Assembly (NCBI RefSeq): GCF_009914755.1
Contig: NC_060937.1
Length of the DNA stretch: 64,000 nt
From: the human T2T-CHM13v2.0 reference genome, Homo sapiens
Direction: 5' to 3' (one strand)
The position numbers were made by a program, and so were the translations under genes. Below, piece after piece: positions 12,766 through 27,015 of this stretch. Each line of letters begins with the position of its first letter. Within the stretch, counting starts at the first letter, position 1. The notes below the pieces were generated by a model. The model did not search any database. It was not told the DNA's origin and was given only the letters and a program-made list of their open reading frames with translations.

Positions 12766-15700
12766 CCTTAGCAGTTTATAATATTTGTACATGTTTATAA
12801 TATTTGTACATGTACATTTGTACATCACATGGTACATGTGATGTTTCATTACATGTATACAGAGTATAATGATCAAGTAAAAGATTTAAGGGTATCCTTC
12901 ATCTTGAGCATTTGTCATTTCTATGTGTTGAGAACATTTCAAGTTCTGTCTTATAGCCCTTTTGAAATGTAAAATATATTGATGTTAACAATAGTCTTAT
13001 ACCCTGATGTCAAAGATTAGAACTTATTCCTTCTATCTCAAGGTATGTTTGCTCCCATGCTCCCATTAACCAACCTCTCTTTATGCACCTCTCACGCACA
13101 CACTTTTACCAGCCTCTAGTTTCTATTATTCTGCTCTCTAACTCTAAGAAATCAACAATTTTAGCTTCCACATATGAATGGGAGCAACATTTGTTATTCT
13201 GTGCTTGGCCCTGGCTTATTCCACTTAATATAATGACCTGCATTTCTATTCATATTGCTTCAAATGACAGTATTTACTTCTTTTCTATGACTAAGTAGTA
13301 TTTCATTTAAGTATGTACCACTTTTTTTATTAATTCCTCTATTGATGGACATTTAGGTTGATTCCATATCTTTGCTATTGTAAGTAGTGCTTTAATAAAC
13401 ATGAAGGTGCAGGTATCCCTTTGGTATACTGATTTATTTCCTTGGTATGAATGCCCAACAGTGGGATTGCTGGATCATATGGTGGTCCTGTTTTTAGTTT
13501 TTGAGAAATCTCCATACTGTTTTTCATAGAGGCTATACTAATGTATAGTTTAATTAACATTTTATAAAAGTTCCTTTCTCTCTGCATCCTTGTCAGCATA
13601 TATTATTTTTTGTCTTTTTAATAATAGCCATTCTTACTGGCTAAAATGCCTATTTAATGATTGCCATTTAGTAATAGCCATTCTAACTGAGATAAAATAT
13701 CTCACCGAGGTTTTTATTTCCTTTTCCTTGATGGTTAATGATGCTGAACTTCTTTTATATATCTTTGGGCCATTTTTTTGTCTTCTTGTGGGAAATGTCT
13801 ATTCATATCCTTTGCCCACATTTCAATATATGGGCAAATATTAACATTATTATTAATCAATATCATTATTATTAATTTATTAATATTAATATTATTAATA
13901 TTGATTATTAATGTTATTATTATTTTATCACTGAATTGTTAGTTTCTTATACATTCTGGATATTAGCCCCTTGTCAAACGAATAGCTTGCCAATATTTTC
14001 TTCAATTCAACCTATCATCCCTTCACACTGTTCATTATTTTGAAGTGCAGAAGCTCTTTACTATTGTTCTTATTTCTCTATTTTATCTTGCCAGTGCATT
14101 TGAAATTTTAGCCATAAAATATTTGCCTAAACCAATGTCTTGAAGTGTTTTACCTGTGTTTTCTTCTAGCAATGTTACAGTATGGAGTTTTATGTTTAAG
14201 TGTTTAATCCATTTTGAGTTGATTTTTTGTATATGGTTAGGGAGAGGGGTTCTATTTCATTCTTCTATGCTAAGATATTCAACTATCCAATTTTCCCAGC
14301 ATTATTTATTGGAAAGTGTTTCCTTTCCCCAATGTATGTTTTTGTTATCTTTGTCAAAAATCAGTTTTCAGAAAATATGTGAATTTATTTCTGGTTTCTC
14401 TATTCAGTTCCACTCTTCTGTGTGTCTAGTTTTATGCCAATAACATGCTGCTTTGGTTACTATAGCCCAGCAGTATATTTTGAAATCTGGTGGTGTAGTG
14501 CCTACAGCTTTGTTCTTTTATCTCAGGATTGTTTTGGCTATTTGGGCTATTTTTAGGTTCAACATAAATTTTAGAATTGTTTTATTCCATATTGTGAAAA
14601 ATGGCATTGGCATGTTAATAGGAATTGCATTGAATCTTTGGATTGCATGGGGATTAATGGTCACTTTAACAATATTAATTGTTCTGATCCATGACCATGG
14701 GATAGTCATCCATTTGTTTGTGTCCTCTTCAATTTCTTCCATCAGAGTTTTGTGGTTTTCCTTTCAAAGGTTTTTTCACCTCTATGAGTAACTTTATTCC
14801 TAGGTATTTTATTTTATTTTTGTAGACTTTGTAAATGACATTTTCTTTTTTATTTCTTTCCCAGCTGGTTCATTACTGATGTATAGAAATTTCACTGATT
14901 GATTTGTCTACATTGGTTTTATATCCTACAAATTTACTGAAATTATTTATAAGATCTAAGAGTAGTTTGGTGGAGTCTTTAAGTTTTTCTAGATATAAGA
15001 TTCAGTGATCTACAAAGAAGGACAATTCGACTTCTTCTTTTTCAATTTGATTTTATTTCTTTCTTTCTCTTTTCTAATTTCTATGTCTAGAGTTTTCAGT
15101 ACTAGGTTGAATAGGAATTGTGAGAGTGGGCATTCTTGTCTTGTTCCAGGTCTTAAAGAAAAGGCTTTCAGCTTTTCCTCATTTAGAATGATGTTAGCTG
15201 TGGGTTTATTATTACTATATGTGATCTTTATTATGTTCAGGTATGTTATTTCTGTGCCTAGTTTGTTGAGAATTTTTAGCATTAAGGATGTTAAATTTTA
15301 TCAAACATTTTTCTATGTCCACTAAGATGACTAGAGGGTTTTTTTCTTCATTTTCTTGATGTGATGTATAATGTTTATTGATTTGCATATATTAAACCAT
15401 CCTTGCATCTCAGCAATAAGTCTCACTTGATCACGTATTGTCTATTGATAATTGATAGAGTGATCAATACATATCTATTGATCAATCAATATATGATTTG
15501 TTGATCATGTATTGATGTGCTATTGGATTCAACTTGCTAGTATTTTTTTTTTTATTTTTCCATCTATGCTCATTAGGGATATTGGCCTGTAGTTTTCTTT
15601 TTATTTTGGTTGCATTCTTGTCTGGTTTGGTATCAGGATAATGCTGGCCTTGTAGAATTAGTCCTTAGTGAGAATTCCCTCTTATTCCAATTTTTGAATA

Positions 15701-18700
15701 CATTAAGAAGTGCTTTTAGTTCTTTGTAAATTTGGTAGAGTTCAGCAGTGAAGTTGTCCATTCCTCTGCTTTCCTTTGTTGAAAGATTTTTCGGTACCAA
15801 TTCAATTTCATTACTTGTATTGTCCTATTTGAGTTTTCTATTTCTTCCTAATAAAACCTTTGTAGGTTGTAAGTGTCCAGGAATTTATCAATTTCCACTA
15901 GGGTTTCCAGTTTATTACTAAGTCATTGTTAATAATAGTTTTTAATGATCATTTATATTTCTGTGTTGTTAGTTGCTGTTTCTCCTGTTTTGTTTCTGAC
16001 TTTATTTGGGTATTCTCTTTTTTTCTTGGTTCATCTAGCAAATAGTTTATTGATTTTATCTTTTCAAAAAAATGAACTTGCATTTCACTGATTATTGTAA
16101 TGTTTTAGTGTCTATTTCATTTAATTATGTCTAATCTTTGTTATTTCTTTCCTTCTAATTTTAGGTTGGGTTCATTCTTACTGTTATAGTTCCTTGAAGT
16201 GCACCATTAGTTTTACATTTCTACTTTTATGATGTAAATATTTATTACTATAAACTTTCCTATTAGCATTACTTTTACTGTCTCTCCTGAGTTTGGTATG
16301 TTGTGATTCAATTTTCATTTGTTTCAAGAAATTTGTGATATCCTCATTAATTTCTTTTTTTTTTGACCCAATGTTAAATCAGGAGCATACTGATTAATTT
16401 CTATGTATTTGTATATTTTCCAAAATTTCTCTTTTTATTCACTTCTAGTTTCATTTTGTTGTGGTCTAAGATTATACAGGATATGATTTTTGTTTTGGAA
16501 AATTTGTTAAAACTTGTTTTGTGTCCTAACATATGATGTATCATGGAGAATGTTTCATGTGCTTATGAGAATGTGTATTCTGTCATTATTGAATAAATTG
16601 TTTTGGTAATGTTTGTTAGGTCCTTTTGATGTAAAGGCAGTTTAATTTCTATCTTTCTTTGTTAACTTTCTGTCTAGATGATATTTCTAATGCTGAGAGT
16701 GCTAAAGTCTTCATCTGTTATTTTATTGGATTTATCTCCCTTTAGATCTAATCATATTTGCTTTATATATTTGGGTCTTTTGGTGTTGTGTGTATATATG
16801 TTTAAAATTGTAATATTCTCTTGCTGAATTGATCCTTTTATTGTTATATTACTTTCTTTGTCTCTTTTTTACTCTTTTCGACTTAAATTCTGTTTTATCT
16901 AATTTAATGTAGCTACTCCTGCTCACTTTCGGTTTCTGTTTGCATGGGCTATCTCTTTCATCCCTTTATTTTCAATCTATATGTGTCTTGACAACTTGAC
17001 AAGGGAGTTGAGTGTCTTCTAGGCAGCATGTATTTGGGTCTTTTTTTCTGTTTGTTTGGTTTTTTCTTCTTTTTTATCCATTCAGCCAGCTTATCTTTTA
17101 TGTGGAAAGTTTAATCCATTTACATTCAAGGTTATTACTGATATGTGAAGGCTTATTTCTATCACTTTGTGTATTGCTTTCTAGTTGTTTTGTATATCCT
17201 TTCTCCTTTTTTTCTATCTTATGATGATTGACATTTGGTCATTTAATATATTGATAACATGTGAATTCTTTCTTTTCCTTATTTATGTGTTTGCTCTAAC
17301 AGTGGGTTTTATATTTTTGTGGGTTTTCATGATACTGTGATTGCACTTCTAGGGTTTATGTCTCCCTAAAGGATTTCTTGTAGGGTCAGTCTAATGGTGA
17401 TGAAGTTTCTTAGCCTTTGATTGTCTGGAAAAGACATTTTCTAACTTCATTTATAAAGAATAACTTTGCTGGGTATAATATTTTTGACCGAACTTTTCTT
17501 TTTCTTTTCTCTTTCAGCACTTTGAAAATATTATTTCATTTTCTTGGCCTGTAAAATTTCTGCTGAAATATCCACTGTTAGTCTGATAGGATTTCTCTCA
17601 TAAGTGATTAGATACTTTTCTCTTGCTTTTGTAATTCTCTTTGTCTTTGATTTTTTGCAGGTAAATATAAAGTTCCATAGAGAAGACACTGAATATCTAT
17701 TTGAAAGCTTTGAATTTCCTCTATCTGAATGTATAAATTTCTGTCTAGACATAAGAAGTTTTCAGCTATTATTTGTCAACTCAATTTTCTATCGCTTTAT
17801 TTTCTCTTCATCTTCTGGGACATTGGTAATTCAAATATTGGGTCACCTTATGACATCCTATATGTCACATAGAGTTTGTTCATTCTTTTTATTTCTTTCT
17901 TTTCTTTTTTTTTTTTTTTTTTGCTTTTATCTGACTGAGTTATTTCAAAAACCTGTCTTCAAGTCATAAATTGTTTTCTTCTACTTGATTTACTTTTTTA
18001 TTGCGCATGTTTTTGTTGCATTCAATTAATTATTCATTTCCAAGGTTTCTGTTTTGTGCTTTATCATAATATCTAACTCTTTGGTAAACTTCTCATTTAC
18101 ATCCTGAATTTTTCTTTGATTTATTTTCTTTTTTTTGTATTTTCTTGTATCTCACTGACCTTCTTTAATAACATTATTTTGAATCCTTTTTCCAGCATTT
18201 CATAAATTTCTTTTTCATTAGAACTTGTTGCTGGAGAATTATTGTGTTCCTGTGGAGGTGTTATATTTTCTTATAATTTAATGTTTCTTGTTTCCTTACA
18301 TTGATATCTGAGTAACAGTTGCTTCTTCCAATTATTTGGATTTGCTTTCATTGGGGCTTTTTCTTTAAGATTATTTATGGTGTTGATTGGGTAGAGCAAG
18401 CACTTTGGCTTTGATTCTAGGTACATACTCTAGTGTGTACTTTCCATATACTTTCTTTGGTTGTAAAGAGCATCAGTAGTTTTTGTGATTTCCTTTGTTG
18501 TTTGGGGCAGTATTGTTAGTGGAGGCTGTGGTGAAGGTTTTTCTGGGGACAGGGATGTCAGTTGGACCATCCTCAAGTCCCAGTGGTGGCAGTGGCAGGT
18601 TAAACCTGTCTGTCATTACTCCCCCAGCTTCCATACATTGGCACCAGTGTTATTGCAGTGGGTGGGCAAACATTGGCCCTCTATGTGGCTTGCTCAGTAT

Positions 18701-18851
18701 GTGGCAGTGGCTTCATTGGCCCCAGTGAGTAAGTGGGTTCTTGAGCCCCTAGGAAAAGGGAATAAAAGGGATGATGGCAGTAGCAGTAGTGTGACAGCTT
18801 TCTGCCTCCCAAGCAATTTGTGCTAATGTTGGCAGTGGCTGACAGGGCTGG

Positions 18852-19964
18852 TGTATTAGTCCATTCTCACACTGCTAATAAAGACATACCTGAGACTGGG
18901 TAATTTATAAAGAAGAGAGGTTTAATTGAATCACAATTTTGCATGACTTGGGAGGCCTCAGGAAACTTACAATCATGACAAAAGGGGGAGCAAACATGTC
19001 CTTCCTTACATGGTGGCAGGAGGAAGGAAGAAATGTCCTTGTTACTTATGCAAATTTCTGCTGCTGGATTGAATTTTTCCTCAGCAATTTTTTTTTTTCT
19101 ACTGCATCATCAGGCTGCAAATTTTTCAAACTTTTATACTCTGCTTCCTTTTGAACACTTTCCTGCTTAGAAATTTCTCCTGAGAGATACCTCATATCAT
19201 CTCTTTCAAGTTCAAAGTTCCAGAGATCTCTAGGGCATGAGCAAAATGCCACCAGTCTCTTTGCATAGCAAGGATGACCCTTACTCCAGTTCCCAACAAG
19301 TTCCACATCTCCATCTGAGACCATCTCAGCCTCAACTTTATTGTCCATATCACTATCAGCATTTTGGTCAAATCCATTCAACAAGTTTCTAGGAATTTCC
19401 AAACTTTCCCACATCTTCTTGTCTTCCGAGCCCTCCAAGTCTCTAGGAAGTTCCAAATTTTGCACATTATCTTGTCTTCTTCTAAGCCCTCCAACCTCTT
19501 CCCACCTCTGCCTGTTAACCAGTTCCAAAGCCACTTCAAATTTTTGGGTATCCTTATAGCAGCACTCCACTCTCTGCAGTACCAATATCCTGTATTAGTC
19601 TGTTCTCACACTGCTAATAAAACGTACCTAAGACTGGGTAATTTATAAATAAAAGAGGCTTAATTGACTCACAGTTTTGCATGGCTGGAGAGGCCTCAGG
19701 AAACTTAACATCCATGGCAGAAGGGGAAGCAAATATGTCCATCTTCACATGGCAGCTAGAGAAAGAAAGAGAGCCCAGTGAAGGGGAAGCCCCTTATAAA
19801 ACCATGTGATCTCGTGATAACAAACTCACTATCAGGAGAGCAGGATGAGGAAAACCACCCCCATGATTCAGTTATCTCCACCTGGTCCCTCCCACAACAT
19901 GTGGGGATTACAGAAACTACAACAGAAGATGAAATTTCAATGTGGATACAGCCAAACCATATCA
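18852..19964 (-). mobile_element. THE1 (THE1C-like) MaLR provirus with internal deletion: partial LTR 18852-~19027, internal ~19028-19591, full LTR 19592-19964
   Basis: Two copies of tgtattagtc..ttctcacactgctaataaa, end ccaaaccatatca, and perfect 5-bp TSD gctgg (18847-18851 and 19965-19969). Confidence 0.93.
19046..19585 (-). pseudogene. Remnant of the THE1-int (MaLR internal) ORF
   Basis: Peptide LEGSEDKKMWESLEIPRNLLNGFDQNADSDMDN...LVGNWSKG is typical of MaLR internal sequence and lies inside THE1. Confidence 0.8.
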
Positions 19965-21424
19965 GCTGGGAAGGCTTGTTCTCAGCCCCACAAATGGAAA
20001 GTGCATGTGGGTACCAACTGTGGTAATATTGGCAGTTTGGATGTACCCATCCTCAGGCCCACAGAAGGAGTGCTCAGGTTTTAGTCAATGATGGTGGAAG
20101 GGGGAAGGTAAGTAACCCTTAGGCCCAAGGACTGTGTGCTTGGGCATTGGTGCAGAGTGGAGCCAGGCTAAGCCTACCCCAGTCCCCAGATAGGGTGTGT
20201 GGGTGTGGTCTGAGGTGGGCAGGGGGTGGGGTGATTTTGATTCTCCCGTGCATGCTCATGTGGGGGCGGCAGCAGCCACACTGCAGCCCTGTGGCTAAGG
20301 AGGATGTAGTTGTTTTCCATGGAAGTAGCCATAGGCAGGCAACTGGAGATTGTGAGCTTTGGCTTCAGGTGATGACTGTGGAGGAAGAAAGTTTTCCTCA
20401 GGGAGTGTAGTCCCTGTGCTGTTGGAGGGACAGATTTGCTGCCAGTGGCAGTTGTGGGTGAGGAAGTCTGTCCTCAGGGCATGTGAAAATATGTGGTAGT
20501 CCTTCTGCTTGGGGTGGCGTGGTTGATGGAAATGGCTTGTGTCTCAGCCCTGGCGGCAGTGAGTGGTGCTGGCAACTGTTCAATAAGGATATCATGGAAC
20601 TCCACAAATGTGGAGATGCAAGAGCTGTTGGTCCCCAGGGCAAGATGCACTCTAATAGGAGCTTGGTTCTCAAAATGACACCATGCTTTAGCTACTTAGG
20701 ATGGAGGGTGTGTGTGAGACCCAGAGTGAACTCCCTCTCTGGAGCAATGCCATCTTGCCACCTCCAGGAAGCTCTCTACTTTAGTATCCAGAATAGTGAG
20801 GCTCAAGGGGCTCTTGGTGACTAGAATTTAAGGAATCTGCAATGGAAATGTGGACTTCTAGGTGTCTCTCATTTATGCTTTTCCCACACTGGGCAGCCTC
20901 TCTGGGCTCTCAGTGAAGCCCAGCAAAGTAGGATGCCTTACTTTCCTCTCTTTTCTTGCCTTTGGTATTTCCCATCAGTTCTCTGTTGAATGTCAGTATT
21001 CTCTCTTGGATAATCTATTCAAAGTGTGATTATCTACTTGGTATTATAGTTCTTTGTGGAAGGGGCAAGTACCACATCCCTCCAGTTAGCCATCTTGAAG
21101 CCCTTCTGATTTTTATCTTTTAAAATTCACAGTCTCTGTCTTTTAATTGGTTATATTTTAAATCAATCACATTGACACAGTTGGATTAATATTTTCCATG
21201 TTTGTAACTGTTTTCTAATCCTTGTTTTGTTCTTTTTGACTCTTTTCTTATATCTCTAGTTTTAAATGAAACCTTTCATATGACTGCATTTTCTCTCTCC
21301 TTTTAGCATATTTTATACTTTAAAAATATTTAGTTATTAACCTAGCTTTTTCAATTAACATTTATAACTAATCTATGTCTACCCTTAAACAGTAGCATGG
21401 TATATTGTGTGTAGTATTTCTGAT

Positions 21425-21855
21425 TCTTATGGGATCTTTGGGGTGTCGCTTTTCTGGCTGGAAATCTGTGGTCGGTGCGGGCTTTGTCGGAGTTTTCCTG
21501 GGCAACGTACACCGTGATTGAGCCAGGGGCCGGGTTCCAAAGTAGGCGCTACTCCCACTTCTGCCCTGGGCGCCCCAAGAGCAGACCAGTTCCCCCCGCC
21601 ACGCCCCCCGCCACCTCCTCTCACCCTCCCCCGTGCAGCGGCAGGTGAGAGCCCCAGCGGGAGCCAGGGTCCAGAGCCGCGGAGGGTGGGGGCCTGGGGG
21701 TGGGACTTGCCCAGCCAGACAAGAGTGGAAGCAACCCATCTGGTTGCTAATGGAAGGCGGGGCACAGGGAACCCACGCCGCCATTGCTGCTCCCACACCC
21801 GCTCCTGCCTCTGCAGCCAGCGCCACCCAGCTGCAGACTGCCCCTTGCTGCCAAC
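21425..21855 (-). mobile_element. GC/CpG-rich ERV1-class LTR remnant (MER52-like), internally deleted
   Basis: Ends ggatctttggggtgtcgcttttctggc and ccttgctgcca match recalled MER52/LTR1-group termini. Abrupt GC-rich island. Confidence 0.75.
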
Positions 21856-23022
21856 CTTACCTCGCATTCTTATACAATTTCTGTAATATGTTTCACTTAT
21901 TCATATGGTATAGTCACAGAAAATTTGCTAATAATATTTTAACTTACCATTGCTATTTAGATCAATTTATATAAAAATATTTCATTTTATATTTTTATTA
22001 ATTATTTTTCTTATTTATATAGATCAAATTTCTGACCTACATTTTCTTCCTCTGGAAAGATTTTATTTTATTCATTATTGCAGACTAAGTCAGGTGGCAA
22101 TGAATTATTTCAGTTTTTGTTTCTCTGTGAAAGTATTTTTCTTTCACTTTTAAAGGTTAATGTTGGAGATAGAATTCCAGGAGGATACTTTTTTTTTTTT
22201 AAATTTCAACACCTTAAATATTTTATCCCGTTCTCTTCTTGATTGCATATTTCTTGTCTAGAAGTCTATTGGAATTTTTATTGTTGTTCCTCTGTATGTA
22301 AGAAGTCTTTGTCCCCACTGGATTCTTTCGATATTTTCACTGACTTTAGTTATTTGAAGTTTAAGTATGAACTGTGGCTTGTTGTCTATCTTTAATTTTG
22401 GAAATTTCATGGCTACTATTACTTTAAATATTTATTCTGCTGCCTTCTCTTTTTCTTCTCTTTCTGGCATTTCAGTTACTTGTCTCTATTCTTCATTTGA
22501 TTATTGCACAGTTCTTAGATATTCTGTTCTTTGTTAATTCCTTTTTTTTTTTTTTTTTTACATTTGTGTTCTGGAAATTTCTATTGGCATATCTTCAACT
22601 TGTTAATTCTTTCCTTATCTGTATCCAGTCTACCAATGAGCCCATCAAAAGCAATCTTCATGTACTTTATAGTGTTTTGATTTCTAGCATTTCCTTTCAT
22701 TATTTCTTAGAGGTTTTATGTTCTGATTACATTACAGATTTTTTGGCATCTTTTCTACTTGACCTATTATACCCTTTAATGTGTCATCATAGTTACTTTG
22801 AATTCCTGGTCTTATATTTCCAAAATCTGTCATATTGGAATCTGGTTCTGATATTTGCTATGTATCTTCTCACTATACTTTTACTTGTCTATTAGCATAG
22901 TTTATAATTTTTTTATTGAGAACTGGGTATGAAGTTTTGTGTAATAAGAACTGAGGTAAAAAAAAAAAGGCACCTCTAATGAGAGGTTTCATGTTAATTT
23001 GATTGAAATTTGGACTGTTTAA

Positions 23023-23401
<379 letters not shown>

Positions 23402-24229
23402 TAGGTTTCCCAAATAACTAAACCTTAAATAGAGTCTATGTCTTAAAACTCTTAAGGCTGTAATCTATTATACTGAAGACATTTTGATACCTTAGATATG
23501 TATAGAAAAGGACAACTGTTTTATAATCTTATTAATAAATCTCATCTTCTTTTGGGTATACATCCCTGTGCTGTGAACTTCACAAATGTTTCTGACCTTT
23601 TAGTACCCCTCAGGTCAAATAGAATGAAAAATGCAGGATGGAGATTAGAAAATGTCCTTTCCTCTATATCTTTTCCTGTGGAGAGTAGGTGTTTGCTATG
23701 AAGAGTAATTTGGCTGTATTTTAAAACGGTTAATTTTCCTTTCCTCTGTCAGACCCAGAAGGAGACTTTTTATTGGCTCTTCACTATTATTTCTTATTCT
23801 TCAGTATAAGAATATTAGGGGTTCCTTGAGGTAAACCCATAAAAGTATGGCCTAATTCTATGGTCCTTAAGAGTTTCTCACAGTAGTGCAAATCAGTCTC
23901 CAACATTTTGTCAACATTACTAATTCTCTGTTTCTATTGTGTTTACTTCTCCTAATAAAAATATTTCAACTGTGATTCTTTGTATTTCTTGTCCTTTTAG
24001 ATTTCAGGGAGAAAGTTTGTCCTATGACCTCAATTATTCGATATGTCCAAGAAAAGTTATTGATTTTCTGTTTCCTCATCTTTTTCTTACTGTAAGTATG
24101 GCAGTGATGATTTCTGAGTCTTTATACATCAGTGATGAAACTGTAGGTTTAAAAAAGTTATGTTTTGGAAGATAAAAGGTGAAATTTAAAGACACTTCCA
24201 ATCTACATTGTCATTCTAATGCACTGTAC

Positions 24230-24630
24230 ATCTGTGAGGATGACCTAAGATATACTCATTTAGATCTAACATAAAATAATTCTTACAGCTTTGCAACAGC
24301 AAAGGTCTACTTCTTGCTCATAGTAAAAGTTTGTCTTGGATCAACTGTGTCTTCAATCCTGATTTATGTCATTACAGATTCAAGGATAAAGAACAGCTCA
24401 TCCTTATGGCATGTATTTACCTAAGAGAGAGAAAAGAGATGGTTGGGTCATTATTTTTAAAATATTCTGCTTGGAATTAGCACATGTCATTTTTATATTT
24501 CATTAGCCTAAACAAGTTACACAGGCAAGGTTGTTGTCTATAGTGTGGGAAACGCCACCCCCATTAATACTGGCAGGCCATGTGGAATGGGTTCCTAAGT
24601 ATTCTGAACAAAAGTAAACTCTAACAGAGG
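24230..24630. mobile_element. Ancient MLT1-like LTR fragment
   Basis: caacagcaaaggtctacttcttgctca and tcatttttatatttcattagcc resemble old MLT1 LTR motifs. Confidence 0.5.
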
Positions 24631-24695
24631 TAAAGATATGGATGTTCATATGCTAAGGAATGAAGTGAGTATCACTTGTTATAACTAAATCATAA

Positions 24696-25010
<315 letters not shown>

Positions 25011-25163
25011 TAACCATACTATATTAAATTACCTTAAATATTCTTGTAATTCACAATTAACTAGATAATTTCTCAAGTCCCCTCAAACTTTTGGAATCAG
25101 TGCCTTCTTCCTTTGCTAATTCTTCATGCATTATTTTTCTTTTTCTTTTAAAGAATCTTTTCA

Positions 25164-25485
<322 letters not shown>

Positions 25486-26929
25486 TTAACTATGAGATAA
25501 TTTTATTGTTTTCGACAGCCAAATAAACTATATCACTAATTTTAGATTTATATACTAATCTTGAATATTTGGTGAATGATTAGATAACTTTAGACATCTA
25601 ATGTGAGACATTAGAAAAACATTAGATATTTTCTCTTTGGGTTCATTTCTGTCCCAACCACTCATTCCTTCCAGTTATATACTGTGCTTTTCTGGCCAAT
25701 AGATATGAGAACAAGTTTTTTCAGTGTCTCACATACTTCACAATTGGGGCTATAAGAGACAATTTTCATGGAGAGTATAAACATATTATTTATCAAAATA
25801 ACAAGCAAAAATGTTGCAAACCCCTTGACAGATATATATGTCATGATTGTCCAAAAATGGAGCAAACCACTTGGATGCACTACAAGCATAGTTTGTTGTA
25901 CAAATGCCTTTATACTTTGTACACAGTTATATTAAGAAAAGTACTCTAAGTCTTAATGAGCACTGTAGAAAACATTTTATTGCCTTTTACATGCTCTCTT
26001 TACAAAGTAGCTTTTGCTTAATTAACTCCACCTTTACGTAACCAAAGATTAGTTTACAAAACAATATTAAAATAAATTCTAAAGGGAGCATTTGTTGAAA
26101 TAAGTTGGTTAGCCATTACTGCAAGAACAGCTTTGTGCTTACTAATGATTGGATTTTTAACTGATGTCTACTACTTTTAATGTTACACTATATTTTCGTA
26201 AATGTTTCTCAGCACAGTAGCTAGATACAAATTAAAAACAAAAGTTCTCCTACTTTCTATTTTCTTTGTAATTTACAAATGCAATAAAAGACTAGTTCAT
26301 TAATGCAAAGGACAAATATGGGCAATACTTACAGCTATATACACTCATACCCAAACAGAAAGGTGCAAATTATTATGGCAATAAATATAAAATATGGGAA
26401 ATTGTAGAAAGTACAAATTTCCCTTTTTAATAGAAAATCTGTGTGCTGCATTTTAGTTCTATAACTTGCCAAAGACTCCCAACCAAATTCATGGAGAAAG
26501 CAGCATAATACGAGATTAACAAGTTATGGTAATTCAAGTTAATGTGTACATCTTAACGAAACCCCATTCAAGGAAATGTATTAAATGAAGCAGTGTTTCA
26601 CGTGTTTAGTGCAACCATAATCTGAATTATCCTTGATCACACAGCAATGTATCAAATAATTGTAACGTATCATATTCATACATATATCGTGGCAAAATAT
26701 TTTTTACTTATCACTGATGATAAATGTAAGCTGATAAGGATTTATAATATATAAAGAGAGGAGAATTTTTCTGACAATAATATATTTAACAATCATTTTA
26801 GTGCCCTAGATAGCTATGGAAAGAAAGAAATGCTTAACAAGGTACAAGTCCAACGTAAAAGTGGTATGAGTTGAACTTCATTAATTGTGAGAGTGGTGTA
26901 TTTACTTATTTGATAACTGCTCTAGTTTA

Positions 26930-27015
26930 ATCAAGGTACAAGCAGATTTGGTGTTGCCTGAGAGAGCCCACTTCCTGGTTTATACATGTCAGTCTTCTCT
27001 CTATGTCCTCATTTG
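26930..27015. mobile_element. MLT1A/MST-like LTR fragment
   Basis: caaggtacaagcagatttggtg...cttcctggttt...tgtcctca. Confidence 0.55.

Larger units (their letters stand above)
12770..21103 (-). mobile_element. Near full-length decayed L1MA-type LINE-1 (3' UTR to 5' UTR), interrupted by THE1
   Basis: Antisense L1MA 3' UTR at 12.8-13.6 kb, ORF2 remnants (14518-14742, 15010-15282), ORF1 remnant (17531-17752), and a GC-richer 5' UTR ending in agccatcttgaagccc. Confidence 0.88.

Noticed and set aside
20147-20824. ORFs in GC-richer region
   Set aside because: They lie in the decayed L1MA 5' UTR.
21368-21974. Four overlapping 113-152 aa ORFs
   Set aside because: A by-product of high GC content (few stops) in the LTR remnant. 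No recognisable domain.
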